The notes: generated by a model from the letters alone, not told the origin. Shown: positions 15,734-24,795, counted from the stretch's first letter. The stretch is 33,016 nt of DNA from an uncultured archaeon (GCA_964611445.1 CAZSYZ010000004.1:1-33016); one strand, 5' to 3'. Numbers and translations are program-made.

Positions 15734-16962
15734 AAATCCACCCTGAACTTGATTTTTCTCCGGGAGAAATATAAAATTACGAGCACCAGCACTGCCAGCG
15801 AGGCCATCGCAGGAATGAAACCCAGTCCGTGCTCTTCGGGCTTGTCCCCCCAGTCGCTGTAGAATACCTCCTCGTAGTATCCGGCGGCTTCGCCCTCCAT
15901 TATGATGCCCACCTCCCGGTTGTTCATTATGCTGTTCTCGTTCCAGTTGATGCTGGACACCATGACCTTCTCAGAGTCGACGACCAGGCCCTTGTTGTGG
16001 AGCATGGCGATCCCGTGCCCGTCGAGGTCCATGGCCCTGGCCTCTATGGGTATGCCCTCCTCGGCTGCCAAGGAGTTGACGTACAGGATCGTGTTGTAGT
16101 TGCTCGTGCTTTTCTCCGGGTCCATCTCGTAGTACGTCGAGTCCAGGAGTATCTTCACGGGAACGCCCTCCCTGGCCTTGTCCAGTAGCGCCTCCAGCAC
16201 GGGGCTGGGCGCGGTCGATACATTGTCCGTGGAAGCGGAGCCCCAGTGGGCGTATATGTAGAACTCATCGACAAGCACAGAGGACGATGCCGATCCTATG
16301 AGCCCCAGTATCTCGTCAAGTGAATCCGGGGAGTATACGAGTTCCACGCTCTGCCCGCTGAAGGTTTCTTTCCCGAACTTAGGCTCGTACGTCCCGGCGG
16401 TTTTCCAGCTCTCGAGCCTGTAATTGCCCGGAGGGCAGGCGAAGGCCCGCGATTCCGAGAGGTCCTGCATGTATATGCCGTAAAGCTCCATGCCCAGTGC
16501 AGGGTCATGCACTATGGCTCCCCAGCCGCGGTTGCCGTATTCCCCGCCGGGCGTGAAGCCGGCGTAGCCGAAGTTCTCGCTGGTGACCAGCACGGAGCCG
16601 TTGTCCCTGATCACGTACTTGGCGTGCATGTATCTCAGCGGCCCATCGTAGAGGAAGACGCTGATGTTATTGTAGAGCAGGGCGCAGAGCGCGGTCGTCT
16701 CCTGCTCCGGAATCCCTCCAGCGGGGCTTTTCTCGGCCAGGACATTAACGCTTACACCTTCGCCTCTCTTCTTCACGAGGGCGGCCGTTATCTCCGGGGA
16801 GCTGAACGTGTACGTCGCCAGGAGGATGCTATCCTCCGCCCCTTCTATGAAGCCGGAGACCGCTGGAAATGATGAGTCGGGCGAAACGAAGGTCTCGACG
16901 GTTGCAGCCTGGGCATTTGGAATTGACAGCAGTATAAGCAGGAAAACGAAGAAGCGCCTCAT
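15730..16962 (-). CDS. Secreted/membrane-anchored phospholipase D-family protein (two HKD motifs)
   Basis: Start moved to ATG 16962 (MRRFFVFLLILLSIPNAQA signal) because the longer track ORF overlaps nadM. HKD motifs HAKYVIRDNGSVLVTSENF and HNKGLVVDSEKVMVSSINW. C-terminal TM segment. Confidence 0.85.
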   Translation of the reverse strand: MRRFFVFLLILLSIPNAQAATVETFVSPDSSFPAVSGFIEGAEDSILLATYTFSSPEITAALVKKRGEGVSVNVLAEKSPAGGIPEQETTALCALLYNNISVFLYDGPLRYMHAKYVIRDNGSVLVTSENFGYAGFTPGGEYGNRGWGAIVHDPALGMELYGIYMQDLSESRAFACPPGNYRLESWKTAGTYEPKFGKETFSGQSVELVYSPDSLDEILGLIGSASSSVLVDEFYIYAHWGSASTDNVSTAPSPVLEALLDKAREGVPVKILLDSTYYEMDPEKSTSNYNTILYVNSLAAEEGIPIEARAMDLDGHGIAMLHNKGLVVDSEKVMVSSINWNENSIMNNREVGIIMEGEAAGYYEEVFYSDWGDKPEEHGLGFIPAMASLAVLVLVILYFSRRKIKFRVDL

Positions 16963-16967
16963 ACAAG

Positions 16968-17474
16968 TTAACTTTTCTTCAGCAGGCTTTTTATTCGCTC
17001 GGCGCCCTTTATGGACTTCAGGTAATCGTAGACCTCCGCGGGCACAAGGTCCTTCCATGACACGCCCTTCAGGATCCTCTTCCTTATCTCGTGGCCGCTG
17101 TACTTCCTCTCGTGCCAGAACTTGTGCTTCCTCGCCCTGACGCCAAGCCTTCTGAAGCATTCCAGGGTCCACGGGTTACGCGAATATACCACGTCGAAAT
17201 CGAAGGTCTTCCTTATGGCCGTGGTCCACAGCCTGTCGTCATGGAAGTCCTCCAGCGAGCTTATCTCGAAGTTGAGTATGCCCCTGGCCTCCAGCGAGCG
17301 CCTTGTCATCTCTATCCTCTCCTCCACCGTGAAGGGATTCTTGGACGTTTTGCTCTCCGTGGCCGAGCCTATGATTATGTAGACCTTCCCGTACCTCTTC
17401 GCCAAGTGCTCTATGACGCTGAGGTGGCCGTTGTGAAACGGCTGGAACCTGCCCACGAAAAGCGCCTTCTTCAT
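16968..17474 (-). CDS. nadM: Nicotinamide-nucleotide adenylyltransferase, archaeal type
   Basis: GRFQPFHNGHL (HxGH-type) at the N-terminus, 168 aa. ..SGHEIRKRI.. (ISST-like) region. Confidence 0.9.
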   Translation of the reverse strand: MKKALFVGRFQPFHNGHLSVIEHLAKRYGKVYIIIGSATESKTSKNPFTVEERIEMTRRSLEARGILNFEISSLEDFHDDRLWTTAIRKTFDFDVVYSRNPWTLECFRRLGVRARKHKFWHERKYSGHEIRKRILKGVSWKDLVPAEVYDYLKSIKGAERIKSLLKKS

Positions 17475-17588
17475 AGGAATAGAATTGGATGAATGATATA
17501 AGTAGTTTTTGATTCATCCGACCTTTCCCATTTAAAAAACTTACTCCTGTATTAGATACCACCTAAAGGCATACGAAAGGTACATTTT

Positions 17589-18158
17589 ATGTCAGGATTC
17601 AGCGTTAAGGTCGAGAACGTGGTCGTCTTTGCCACTCTGGGCATCGATGTGCCGCTTGAGAGGATATCGAGGGAACTGGAGGCCGCGGAATATGCTCCTG
17701 AGTCGTTCCCCGGCGTCATCTACAGGATAAAGGACCCGATGGTAGCGTCGCTCATATTCTCTTCCGGCAAGATCGTGTGCACTGGCGCGAGGAGCATAGA
17801 CAACGCCAGGGTGGCCGTGGAAAGGGTCATAGAGGACCTTAGAAAGCTCGGCCTGAAGATACCTGCCGAGTACGAGCTGAGGGTCGAGAACATAGTGGCT
17901 TCCACGCAGATAGAGGCGAAGCAGAAGCTCGACCTGGAGCAGATAGCGTTCATGCTTGAGAACAGCGAGTACGAGCCGGAGTCGTTCCCGGGGCTCGTTT
18001 TCAGGCTCACCGAACCCAGGGTTGCCTTCCTGCTCTTCGGCACCGGGAAGATAATATGCACGGGCTCCAGGAGCCAGGACGACATCCACCTGGCGCTGGG
18101 CAGCTTCAAGAAGAAGCTCGAGGGGCTCGGGATCACGGTCAAGCCGGTGGCGGCCTGA
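17589..18158 (+). CDS. tbp: TATA-box binding protein
   Basis: Two direct repeats: ENVVVFATL..YAPESFPGVIYRIKDPMVASLIFSSGKIVCTGARS and ENIVASTQI..YEPESFPGLVFRLTEPRVAFLLFGTGKIICTGSRS. Confidence 0.95.
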   Translation: MSGFSVKVENVVVFATLGIDVPLERISRELEAAEYAPESFPGVIYRIKDPMVASLIFSSGKIVCTGARSIDNARVAVERVIEDLRKLGLKIPAEYELRVENIVASTQIEAKQKLDLEQIAFMLENSEYEPESFPGLVFRLTEPRVAFLLFGTGKIICTGSRSQDDIHLALGSFKKKLEGLGITVKPVAA

Positions 18159-18175
18159 CGCCCGCGTGAATGTAA

Positions 18176-18182
18176 TTTTTTT
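18176..18182 (+). terminator. Oligo-T tract after tbp, overlapping a TATA-like element for pyrG
   Basis: T7 run 18 nt after the tbp stop. TTTTTTTATA lies about 25 nt upstream of the pyrG ATG, consistent with a near-leaderless pyrG transcript. Confidence 0.3.
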
Positions 18183-18206
18183 ATACCATTGACTGCATAA
18201 TTGATT

Positions 18207-19835
18207 ATGCAGAAGAAATACCAGGCGAATAAGAACAGGACGAGGTTCGTCGTCGTTACCGGAGGCGTCATATCCGGGCTCGGCAAGGGCATATTCACTG
18301 CTTCTCTCGGAAGGCTGCTCCAGTCGAAAGGGCTCAGCGTCGTTCCCGTGAAGATAGACCCGTACATGAACGTCGACGCGGGGACCATGAACCCCGTGGA
18401 GCACGGCGAGGTGTTCGTCCTCGACGACGGCAGCGAGGTCGACATGGACCTCGGGAACTACGAGAGGTTCCTCGACCTCGACCTCACCTCCGACTCCAAC
18501 ATAACCACGGGAAAGATATACAAGAAGGTCATAGACAGGGAAAGGAAGGGCGACTACCTCGGGAAGACCGTGCAGCTGATACCGCACATAACGGACGAGC
18601 TCAAGGAATGGTTCAGGGATGTCGCGAAGAAGGCGAAGGCTGACATAGAGCTGATAGAGGTTGGCGGGACCGTCGGCGACATAGAGAACCTCATATTCCT
18701 GGAGGCCCTGAGGCAGCTTTCGATGGAGGAGGAAGTCATATTCGTGCACTGCACGCTGGTCCCCATCATGAAGGTGGTCGGCGAGCAGAAGACCAAGCCG
18801 ACCCAGCAGTCGGTGCAGAAGCTGAGGGAAATCGGGATACAGCCCGACTTCATATTCCTTCGTTGCGAGGTCCCCATAGAGCAGAAGATCGTCGAGAAGA
18901 TAGCGCTCTTCACGGGCGTGTGCGAGGAAAACATCATACGCGGACAGGACCTGAAGAACATATACGAGCTGCCCCTGATGCTCCAGGATCAGGACGTCCA
19001 CGGCAAGGTCATGGGCATGGCCGGGATGAAGATATCCCAGGGAAGGGACCTGAAGGACTGGAAGGTCATGGTCGGCAACATGAAGAACGCGAAGAAGATA
19101 CTGACAGTGGCCATGACAGGGAAGTACATGGCCCTCCACGATTCCTACGTTTCCATAGAGCAGGCCCTCAGTCACGCCTCGGGGATGCTCGGCTGCGACG
19201 TTGATATAAAGTGGATAGAGACCACCGACATAGAGAGGGGCAGGATTAGCGCCAAGGAGGCGCTGAAGGGCGTCGACGGCATCATAGTGCCGGGCGGCTT
19301 CGGCTCCAGGGGAACGGAAGGCAAGATGAAATGCATAAGTTATGCCCGCGAGAAGAGGATACCGTTCCTCGGCCTGTGCTTCGGCTTCCAGCTGGCAAGC
19401 GTGGAGTTCGCCAGGCACGCCTGCGGCCTGCGAATGGCGAACAGCACGGAGATAGACCCGAAGACCCCGCATCCGGTGATAGACCTCCTCCCGTCCCAGA
19501 GGAAGGTCTACAGGAAGGGCGGCACCATGAGGCTCGGCGGCCAGGACGTCATAATCAAAAAAGGCACCAATGCCCACAAGCTCTACGGCTCGCTGAAGGC
19601 CAGGGAGAGGTTCAGGCACAGGTACGAGCTGAACCCTGAGTACAGGGAAAGGCTGGAGAAGGGCGGACTGGTGTTCTCCGGGCACGATTCCACCGGGGAG
19701 ATAATGCAGATACTTGAGCTGCCAAAGCACCCGTTCTTCATGGCCAGCCAGTTCCACCCCGAGTTCACGTCAAGGGTCCTGAGGCCGAATCCCCTGTTTC
19801 TGAACTTCCTCAGGGCGTGCATCAATAAGAAGTAG
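18207..19835 (+). CDS. pyrG: CTP synthase
   Basis: VVVTGGVISGLGKG. KIDPYMNVDAGTMNP..HGEVFV. Glutaminase domain GLCFGFQ (catalytic Cys) and QFHPEF. First ATG at 18207 (the track start 18201 is TTG). Confidence 0.95.
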   Translation: MQKKYQANKNRTRFVVVTGGVISGLGKGIFTASLGRLLQSKGLSVVPVKIDPYMNVDAGTMNPVEHGEVFVLDDGSEVDMDLGNYERFLDLDLTSDSNITTGKIYKKVIDRERKGDYLGKTVQLIPHITDELKEWFRDVAKKAKADIELIEVGGTVGDIENLIFLEALRQLSMEEEVIFVHCTLVPIMKVVGEQKTKPTQQSVQKLREIGIQPDFIFLRCEVPIEQKIVEKIALFTGVCEENIIRGQDLKNIYELPLMLQDQDVHGKVMGMAGMKISQGRDLKDWKVMVGNMKNAKKILTVAMTGKYMALHDSYVSIEQALSHASGMLGCDVDIKWIETTDIERGRISAKEALKGVDGIIVPGGFGSRGTEGKMKCISYAREKRIPFLGLCFGFQLASVEFARHACGLRMANSTEIDPKTPHPVIDLLPSQRKVYRKGGTMRLGGQDVIIKKGTNAHKLYGSLKARERFRHRYELNPEYRERLEKGGLVFSGHDSTGEIMQILELPKHPFFMASQFHPEFTSRVLRPNPLFLNFLRACINKK

Positions 19836-20519
19836 TCACTCGCTCTCATACTTCCGGTTCAGGAGGCACCATATCTCGTTCGCCTTCTTCTTGCCAATCC
19901 CGTTGACTTTCATTAGCTTCTTCTCGTTCGCGCTGAACACCCTCTTCACCGTCCCGAACTCCTCCAGCAGCCTTTTGCTCAGCATGCTGTTCACCTTGGG
20001 CAGGCCCGCCACTATGAACTCCTGGTGGTCCTTCGCGCTCTTGCTCTTCTTGCACACCCGCGCCTGCAGCCTGTCGCTCTTCTTCACCTGCTCCCTGTAG
20101 GCTATCCAGTATATCTGCGCAGCAGTCATCTTCGGCGAGTGCGTCCATATTATGGGTATCCTCTGGTCCAGCGCGATGAAAGACAACACCCCGTGTATGG
20201 AGTTCGGATGCACGTTTCTGGACTCGAAAAGCATGCTCGGGTCCCCCTCTATTATCAGCAGGGGCTTCTCGAACGATTCCGCCATCTTCTCGAGCTGCCC
20301 GAAGAGGCGCTGGTCGAAGAACGACGTCAGGAAGTCGCTCACGGTCTTCCTCTCGATGCCTATGTGCTCCGACACTATGTAGTCCGCGACGTCCAGCTGC
20401 TCCTCCCTCACGTCCGCGTCAAAGGTCTTCAGCCACTCGAAGGTCTTCGTTCCCTTCTCCCTGTGGTCGGCTATTATCTCCACCCTCCTGCCGCGGGAGT
20501 CTCCATGCGCCGCCATCAT
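19836..20519 (-). CDS. ERCC4-type structure-specific nuclease (short archaeal XPF/Hef/Mus81 family) with C-terminal (HhH)2
   Basis: ADYIVSEHIGIERKTVSDF (GDxn-ERKx3D signature). C-terminal LPKVNSMLSKRLLEEFGTVKRV..MKVNGIGKKKA helix-hairpin-helix pair. Confidence 0.85.
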   Translation of the reverse strand: MMAAHGDSRGRRVEIIADHREKGTKTFEWLKTFDADVREEQLDVADYIVSEHIGIERKTVSDFLTSFFDQRLFGQLEKMAESFEKPLLIIEGDPSMLFESRNVHPNSIHGVLSFIALDQRIPIIWTHSPKMTAAQIYWIAYREQVKKSDRLQARVCKKSKSAKDHQEFIVAGLPKVNSMLSKRLLEEFGTVKRVFSANEKKLMKVNGIGKKKANEIWCLLNRKYESE

Positions 20520-20664
20520 GAGAATTGGTGAGGAATGAAATAAATATCAGATTGCATCGTTTGCCCCAAACGTTACCAGGGGGCAATAACCTGAACAGCC
20601 GACAGACCGAACTCATATAAGCTGGTCTTGCTGTTTTTGAGCAAAACGTAATGATAAGAGATAC

Positions 20665-20728
20665 TAACAATCATAACAAAAGTAACAAAACATTAATAAA
20701 TATAACAATCATAACAAAAGTAACAAAA
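20665..20728 (+). repeat. Two perfect 26 nt direct repeats (20665-20690 and 20703-20728), each built of three TAACAA motifs at 9 nt spacing
   Basis: TAACAATCATAACAAAAGTAACAAAA occurs twice, 38 nt apart start to start, in an AT-rich intergenic region. Confidence 0.9.
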
Positions 20729-20735
20729 TGATATC

Positions 20736-20867
20736 ATGTCCTACAAAACATGCTATGTCTGCGGGAGAAAGGTCCATCCTGGCACAGGAACCTATTATTA
20801 TGGCCGGTTGATTCATAGGACATGCCGGGGGATAGCGAAGATTACGAGGTTTAAATTGTACGGGTAG
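20736..20867 (+). CDS. Possible small zinc-ribbon-like protein (43 aa)
   Basis: Below the track size cut-off. MSYKTCYVCGRKVHPGTGTYYYGRLIHRTCRGIAKITRFKLYG has CxxC and HxxC. Sits between the direct repeats and the ATPase gene. Confidence 0.3.
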   Translation: MSYKTCYVCGRKVHPGTGTYYYGRLIHRTCRGIAKITRFKLYG

Positions 20868-20876
20868 GTAAATAAT

Positions 20877-22019
20877 ATGGCCAATCCTTTTTCCACTCAG
20901 TTCCCATCTAAACCAGAAAATTTTGCAGATAGAAAGGAGAAAATAGAGAAATTCAAAAGATCTTTGAAAAACTCGCTGGAATCCGGGCTGCCAGAAAACA
21001 TAGCAATATTGGGAGACTGGGGGATTGGAAAGACATCCATGCTTAACAAATTCAAGGACATCGTTTTATCCTCCGAAGAATCAAAATTCAACATATTCTG
21101 CACCAAAATCTGTCTTTCACCAAGTAATTGTAAAGACGAAGAAACATTCTCAAAACAGGTAATCGAAGATATCGTGAAAAACTCGGAAACTTTGAAAAAA
21201 TCCACGATGAGAGGCATCAGAGAGAATTTGTCGAAAATAAAATCAGTCCAAATATCAGCGATAGGGGGTATCACATTTAGAGACGGCGTTAAGAGCAAAC
21301 GGCTTCTCTCGTTCTTAACCGAGTTTTGGGAAAAGAATCTGGCCCCGAACAAAATAGACTTGGCCGTGATTATGGTTGATGACCTTCACTATATGTTAGG
21401 CAACTACAGAGAGGGCCTTTACGACATAAGATCCATATTTCAGGAATTGGCCGAGAGACGCTGCAATTATATGTTGATAGTGACATCTCCTCTTGAGCTG
21501 TTTGAATTAAAAGAAACGGCTGAACCATTCAAAAGATTCTTTGAGATCATGACGCTCGGGCCTTTTGATTTGAAAGGAACCAAAGAGGCCGCCTTGAAAC
21601 CCATATCGAATGAGAAAATCGATCTAAAGATTGCCGATAATGTCATTTCAGAAATCCATAAGTTAACAGAAGGTCATCCTTACTTCGTGGTCTTTTTCAT
21701 GAAGGATATCATGGATACGGGAATGACCAGGAATTTTGATAGGGGACACTTCAATAACATACTAAACAGCATCATGAAGCATTTGGGCGGCATAAAATTC
21801 AGATCGGATTTTAATTCTGCTAGCGAGGAAGAGAAAAAGCTATTAATCAAATTTGCAAATAGCAAAAAAGAAGTTTTGAGGGCTGTTGACATGTCAAGGA
21901 CAAAGCCGCCAAATGTTATGCTCAGCCGACTGATAAAGAAAAACCTGTTGAACAAAGTAGAAAGAGGTAAATTCAAATTATACCATCCACTTTTCAAGAA
22001 ATACTTGAAATCTCTATAA
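20877..22019 (+). CDS. AAA+ ATPase of the archaeal ATPase (Arch_ATPase / Orc1-Cdc6-like) type with C-terminal winged-helix-like region
   Basis: FADRKEKIEKF leader. Walker A ILGDWGIGKTSML. Walker B AVIMVDDLH. C-terminal ..LIKKNLLNKVERGKFKLYHPLFKKYL. Confidence 0.8.
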   Translation: MANPFSTQFPSKPENFADRKEKIEKFKRSLKNSLESGLPENIAILGDWGIGKTSMLNKFKDIVLSSEESKFNIFCTKICLSPSNCKDEETFSKQVIEDIVKNSETLKKSTMRGIRENLSKIKSVQISAIGGITFRDGVKSKRLLSFLTEFWEKNLAPNKIDLAVIMVDDLHYMLGNYREGLYDIRSIFQELAERRCNYMLIVTSPLELFELKETAEPFKRFFEIMTLGPFDLKGTKEAALKPISNEKIDLKIADNVISEIHKLTEGHPYFVVFFMKDIMDTGMTRNFDRGHFNNILNSIMKHLGGIKFRSDFNSASEEEKKLLIKFANSKKEVLRAVDMSRTKPPNVMLSRLIKKNLLNKVERGKFKLYHPLFKKYLKSL

Positions 22020-22081
22020 AATTCAAGATTATCAGAAGCATATATAAGTTTATATATATAAATATGTTAATAGGTGGTTCC

Positions 22082-22360
22082 ATGAAGGTACAGACTATCC
22101 ACATGCCAAGGCTTGACACGGTATTGATGGTAGAAGACACTATAAAGAAAATGGACCATTATCCGACAAAAAATCAGCTGTGGAGGGCATTGCCGAAGAT
22201 GGTCATGTGGCAGACCTTCAGCATAATCCTTGAATACCTTGAAAAGAGTCACAAGATAATGGTTGACAAAAAAGGCGAGATAGTATGGATATTCGCGGAC
22301 AATCCTAAGGCAAGGTCCCTTCTTGAAAATTCCGTCCCTTACAGGAAGGTGAAGGGATGA
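22082..22360 (+). CDS. Small hypothetical protein, possible winged-helix fold
   Basis: ATG at 22082 (MKVQTIHMPRLD..) within track ORF 22064-22360. Follows the ATPase by about 60 nt. Confidence 0.45.
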   Translation: MKVQTIHMPRLDTVLMVEDTIKKMDHYPTKNQLWRALPKMVMWQTFSIILEYLEKSHKIMVDKKGEIVWIFADNPKARSLLENSVPYRKVKG

Positions 22361-22368
22361 CAAATTTA

Positions 22369-22602
22369 TCAATAAAATTCCTCTTCCGGTTTTTTTGTCT
22401 GTCTTATGATATTTCGTATGTGGAAAGGAACTAGTCTTGGACAATGACTTACGAGTGTGGTCAGAACGCTCTTATCTTCGTTCGTTTTTTTAAATTTCAT
22501 GTGGGGACCTCTACTTTTCTGAAGAACAAATCCATTTCTTATTAGTATTCTTTTTACTTTATCTCGCGGTAATGGGTGTATTTTCCCTGACAGAATTATC
22601 AC
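22369..22602 (-). CDS. hicA: HicA-like mRNA interferase toxin
   Basis: KVKRILIRNGFVLQKSRGPHMKF.. matches the HicA pattern (..GF.....GSH..F). Lies downstream of, and overlapping, hicB. Confidence 0.65.
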   Translation of the reverse strand: MIILSGKIHPLPRDKVKRILIRNGFVLQKSRGPHMKFKKTNEDKSVLTTLVSHCPRLVPFHIRNIIRQTKKPEEEFY

Positions 22603-22951
22603 CTGGGTAGATTGGTAATTTCATAGGTATTTCCTTCAATCCTATTTCCATTTTAACAATAGTTTTCACTGAGGGCTTTTCGGTATCAGAATCTTTCATA
22701 TAGTCGTCAATCATTGCCTTGAGATTTTCAACGGCATCTTCTTCCGTCTTACCCTGTGCCGAAACATCAATGAGCGGAGTGTGAGCTACGAACCACCCAC
22801 CTTCTTTTAGTGTGATTATAGGGAAGTTAACCCTAGTCACATCTTTCAGGCTTTCTCTAATATTCTCTCTCACTTGGGGAGGCAAAAGCTTCATATTAGG
22901 ATTTTTTTCAATTTCATCCAAAATCCTTTTCAAAGGATTGTCTTTTTTCAT
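22559..22951 (-). CDS. hicB: HicB-like antitoxin (UPF0150 fold)
   Basis: GGWFVAHTPLIDVSAQGKTEEDAVENLKAMIDDY is the HicB N-domain signature. Confidence 0.7.
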   Translation of the reverse strand: MKKDNPLKRILDEIEKNPNMKLLPPQVRENIRESLKDVTRVNFPIITLKEGGWFVAHTPLIDVSAQGKTEEDAVENLKAMIDDYMKDSDTEKPSVKTIVKMEIGLKEIPMKLPIYPGDNSVRENTPITAR

Positions 22952-23087
22952 GATACCACCACCAGGAAATTGGAATTGGTGAGAAGTTTTATAAGCCTTT
23001 TCCCAGTTAGCCCCATATTAGATTATTGAATAATCGAATATTTAAGATTTTTAAAGATTTACAGTAACGGATACTGGTGCGTTAGCG

Positions 23088-23417
23088 AGGAAGATATCAA
23101 AGGAATTCTCGGAAGAATTCGCAAGACTTCAGAAAAGGTCAGAGAAGGGGGATGGCGAAGCTGAATATTTGCTGGGACTGTTTGCGAAGGGAATAGCAAA
23201 GCTGGTAGAAGACCACGAGGCAGGGAAGAAGATAGAGAAGAGGCTTTGGCCGAGATATTACGAGCAGAAATAGGGAATAAACAACTTGTGGAGGCTTCGT
23301 CTGGACAGTTACTGGAGAATGATTTATACCATAATCGGAGAGAATGTGAGAATCGTGACAGTTATCCTCGAAGTCATTGACCATAAGGATTACGACAAAA
23401 GGTTCGGATACAAGTAA
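23088..23417 (+). pseudogene. relE: RelE/ParE-family toxin, inactivated (start codon lost, in-frame TAG)
   Basis: Frame reads (R)KISKEFSEEFARLQK..KIEKRLWPRYYEQK*GINNLWRLRLDSYWRMIYTIIGENVRIVTVILEVIDHKDYDKRFGYK*. AGG at 23088 sits where ATG is expected. TAG at 23271-23273 is in frame. Track ORF 23139-23384 (-) is its antisense shadow. Confidence 0.7.
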
Positions 23418-23547
23418 AGCCCATGAGCGAACGTTATATGAATGACGATTCCGGCGGTTGTACCCTCCTGCCGCTCATAAGGAGAAATACAGGCAGGGAA
23501 AATTAAAAAGGTTAAAAAACTAACCATCATCTATCATATGTGGTTAT

Positions 23548-23877
23548 GTGAAAATCGGCATAGAGAAAATCAAGGAAACGCTTTTCCCTTACAGTATAAT
23601 AGTGCTGGTCCCAGAAAACGACAATGACTATGTGAATCTTTCGGATACATGCTACAGGAAGAGGTTCATGTTCAAAGGAAGGTTCGACTCGCATAAGACC
23701 GACCTGGTATCAAATAGTGTTGTAGGAACTTCCGTGACACATGAAGATGGCACATACATAGCCGTCGCGAATCTCACAGGCAAATTAGGAATTCTGGACA
23801 GGTACTCTTTTACTGCAACTTCTGAAAAGTATGCGAATTACATGAAATCTTTTATACCGAAATCACATGACCCTTGA
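23548..23877 (+). CDS. Hypothetical protein (109 aa, GTG start)
   Basis: ORF only, no motif recognised. Its 3' end overlaps the convergent tRNA-binding protein gene by 15 nt. Confidence 0.4.
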   Translation: MKIGIEKIKETLFPYSIIVLVPENDNDYVNLSDTCYRKRFMFKGRFDSHKTDLVSNSVVGTSVTHEDGTYIAVANLTGKLGILDRYSFTATSEKYANYMKSFIPKSHDP

Positions 23878-24183
23878 GCCGACCGGGACGTCCCTGTCTA
23901 TGGATAGGAGGCTGACGTTCGCGCCGTCGAGAGCCGCCAGCAGCATGCCCTCGGACTCGATGCCCCTTATCTTCGCGGGGTCGAGGTTCGCGACCACTAC
24001 TATCTTCTTGCCCACGAGCTCCTCCGCGGTGTACTGGCCCTTTATGCCCGCGACGAGCTGGACCTGCCTCCCGCCGATGTCGGCCTGCAGCACGAAGAGC
24101 TTGTCGCTCCCCTCCACCGGGTCAGCGGAAAGCACTTCCCCGACCCTCAGGTCAAGTTTCTTGAACTCGTTTATCGAAACCAT
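23863..24183 (-). CDS. tRNA-binding domain protein (Trbp111/CsaA/EMAP-like OB fold)
   Basis: KLDLRVGEVLSADPVEGSDKLFVLQADIGG..VAGIK..YTAEELVGKKIVVVANLDPAKIRGIESEGMLLAA. Confidence 0.85.
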   Translation of the reverse strand: MVSINEFKKLDLRVGEVLSADPVEGSDKLFVLQADIGGRQVQLVAGIKGQYTAEELVGKKIVVVANLDPAKIRGIESEGMLLAALDGANVSLLSIDRDVPVGSRVM

Positions 24184-24336
24184 AGTATCTTTCTATGCGC
24201 CCGCGAATTAAAAAGTTTTCCCGGCAGGGAGCGTTTCGTATCAGTTCAGCATGATTCAGATTCGCTTGCGTTTTTTAATTACATTTACTTACGTCCACAT
24301 ATAAACATTTATAAATAATGTGCCCGTATAATAATC

Positions 24337-24795
24337 ATGACATATACAGAAATAAAGGAAATGAATGGGAAAAAATACTATTACAGAGTCAGAAGCGTCA
24401 GAAAGGGTAAAAAATTCAAAAAGGAAAGGATTTACCTGGGGGTAAATTTATCCGGCCAAAAATTATCCAAAAAAGAAAATCAGGCGGATAAAAAATTATT
24501 GGAAGATAAGGTAAACGAAGGTTTAAAGGTGATAAAACCCCAAATAATTAGAATCTTAAGGAAAAATAAGATAAAAAGGGCCGGGATATTCGGTTCTTAT
24601 GCCAGAGGAGAGCAGAAAAAAAACAGTGATATTGACATCTTGATACAACCCACGAAAGATACAGGGTTTGGTTTTGCTGGTATTGAGATTGAACTGGAAA
24701 AAACGCTGAAGAAAAAGGTCGATTTAGTAAGCTATAACGGCATAAGCCCGTATTTGAAAGATCAGATTCTAAGCCAGGAAGTGAGAATAATATGA
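24337..24795 (+). CDS. mntA: MntA-type minimal nucleotidyltransferase antitoxin
   Basis: GIFGSYARGEQKKNSDIDILIQ signature. 4 nt overlap with the hepT start. Confidence 0.85.
   Translation: MTYTEIKEMNGKKYYYRVRSVRKGKKFKKERIYLGVNLSGQKLSKKENQADKKLLEDKVNEGLKVIKPQIIRILRKNKIKRAGIFGSYARGEQKKNSDIDILIQPTKDTGFGFAGIEIELEKTLKKKVDLVSYNGISPYLKDQILSQEVRII

Noticed and set aside
16963-17172. N-terminal extension of the phospholipase D ORF
   Set aside because: It overlaps the nadM coding region. The internal ATG at 16962 starts a canonical signal peptide 6 nt after the nadM stop.
17487-17519. Inverted repeat GGATGAAT..17 nt..ATTCATCC in the nadM-tbp divergent intergenic region
   Set aside because: The arms are only 8 bp with a long spacer in AT-rich DNA. 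That is within chance expectation, so it is not reported as a regulatory site.
17592-19757. 721 aa ORF on the minus strand spanning tbp and pyrG
   Set aside because: It is antisense to two unmistakable conserved genes. Its translation is low-complexity and rich in Leu, Arg, Pro, Gly and Val, typical of a stop-free shadow frame in GC-rich coding DNA.
20665-20728. Possible CRISPR array
   Set aside because: Only two repeat copies are present, with a 12 nt spacer between them. The repeats are AT-only with internal 9 nt periodicity, and no cas genes are present. The features fit iterons or an operator better.
23271-23273. In-frame TAG in RelE as pyrrolysine or programmed read-through
   Set aside because: TAG terminates several solid genes in this window (asnS, pyrG, the HEPN gene at 6903-7289, abiEii, the PQQ-like gene). 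The RelE gene has also lost its start codon, so pseudogenisation is the simpler reading.
23139-23384. 81 aa minus-strand ORF
   Set aside because: It is antisense to the recognisable RelE-like frame and has no motif of its own.
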